From: Eledone cirrhosa
Lineage: Eukaryota
Assembly (NCBI GenBank): GCA_964016885.1
Contig: OZ024743.1
Coordinates: 350,362,001-350,426,000, forward strand
Direction of reading: 5' to 3'
Length of the DNA stretch: 64,000 bases
The stretch's first letter is position 1; each line of letters opens with the position of its first letter. The position numbers and the translations under genes are program-made. Shown piece by piece: positions 63,853-64,000 of this stretch. The notes under the pieces are model-generated. The model was not told the DNA's origin and made no database searches. It saw only the letters and a program-made list of their open reading frames with translations.

Positions 63853-64000
63853 TTTCTAATTAATCATCTTCGAACTCTCTTCATATATTTCCTTAAAAAC
63901 GATAAAATCACTGGCAAAATGATACACCAACTTAAAACAAAAACGAAAAAAAAAACGAAAAAAAAAAAGAAAGCCACTATGAAAGAATACTTATGTCTGT

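Overview
Eukaryotic, gene-free, retrotransposon-dense DNA. The SINE type and microsatellite content suggest an octopus-like cephalopod (inference only). About 70% of the window is two arrays (1-30650 and ~43843-60896) of non-LTR retrotransposons strung on (TTA)n tracts. They contain at least four variants of an L1/Tx1-like element (ORF1 with a Gag-type zinc knuckle, ORF2 APE-RT-CCHC), always on +. An R4/Dong-like element (RT plus restriction-like endonuclease, one copy intact at 1216 aa) is always on -, and tRNA-derived SINE tails provide landing sites. The spacer holds decayed RTE-like LINEs, a hAT MITE, SINEs, microsatellites and Penelope-type hammerhead-like motifs. The most striking observation is a conserved AG|GTAAGT splice donor overlapping the Tx1 ORF1 stop codon, followed by a pyrimidine tract and CAG. 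Removing this 52-67 nt segment would fuse ORF1 to ORF2 exactly in frame. Other highlights are a chimeric Dong 5' leader, a poly(A) signal placed to capture target repeats, and a hammerhead-like motif with a long G-U-containing stem II. No host protein-coding gene is recognisable. Coordinates were counted by eye.
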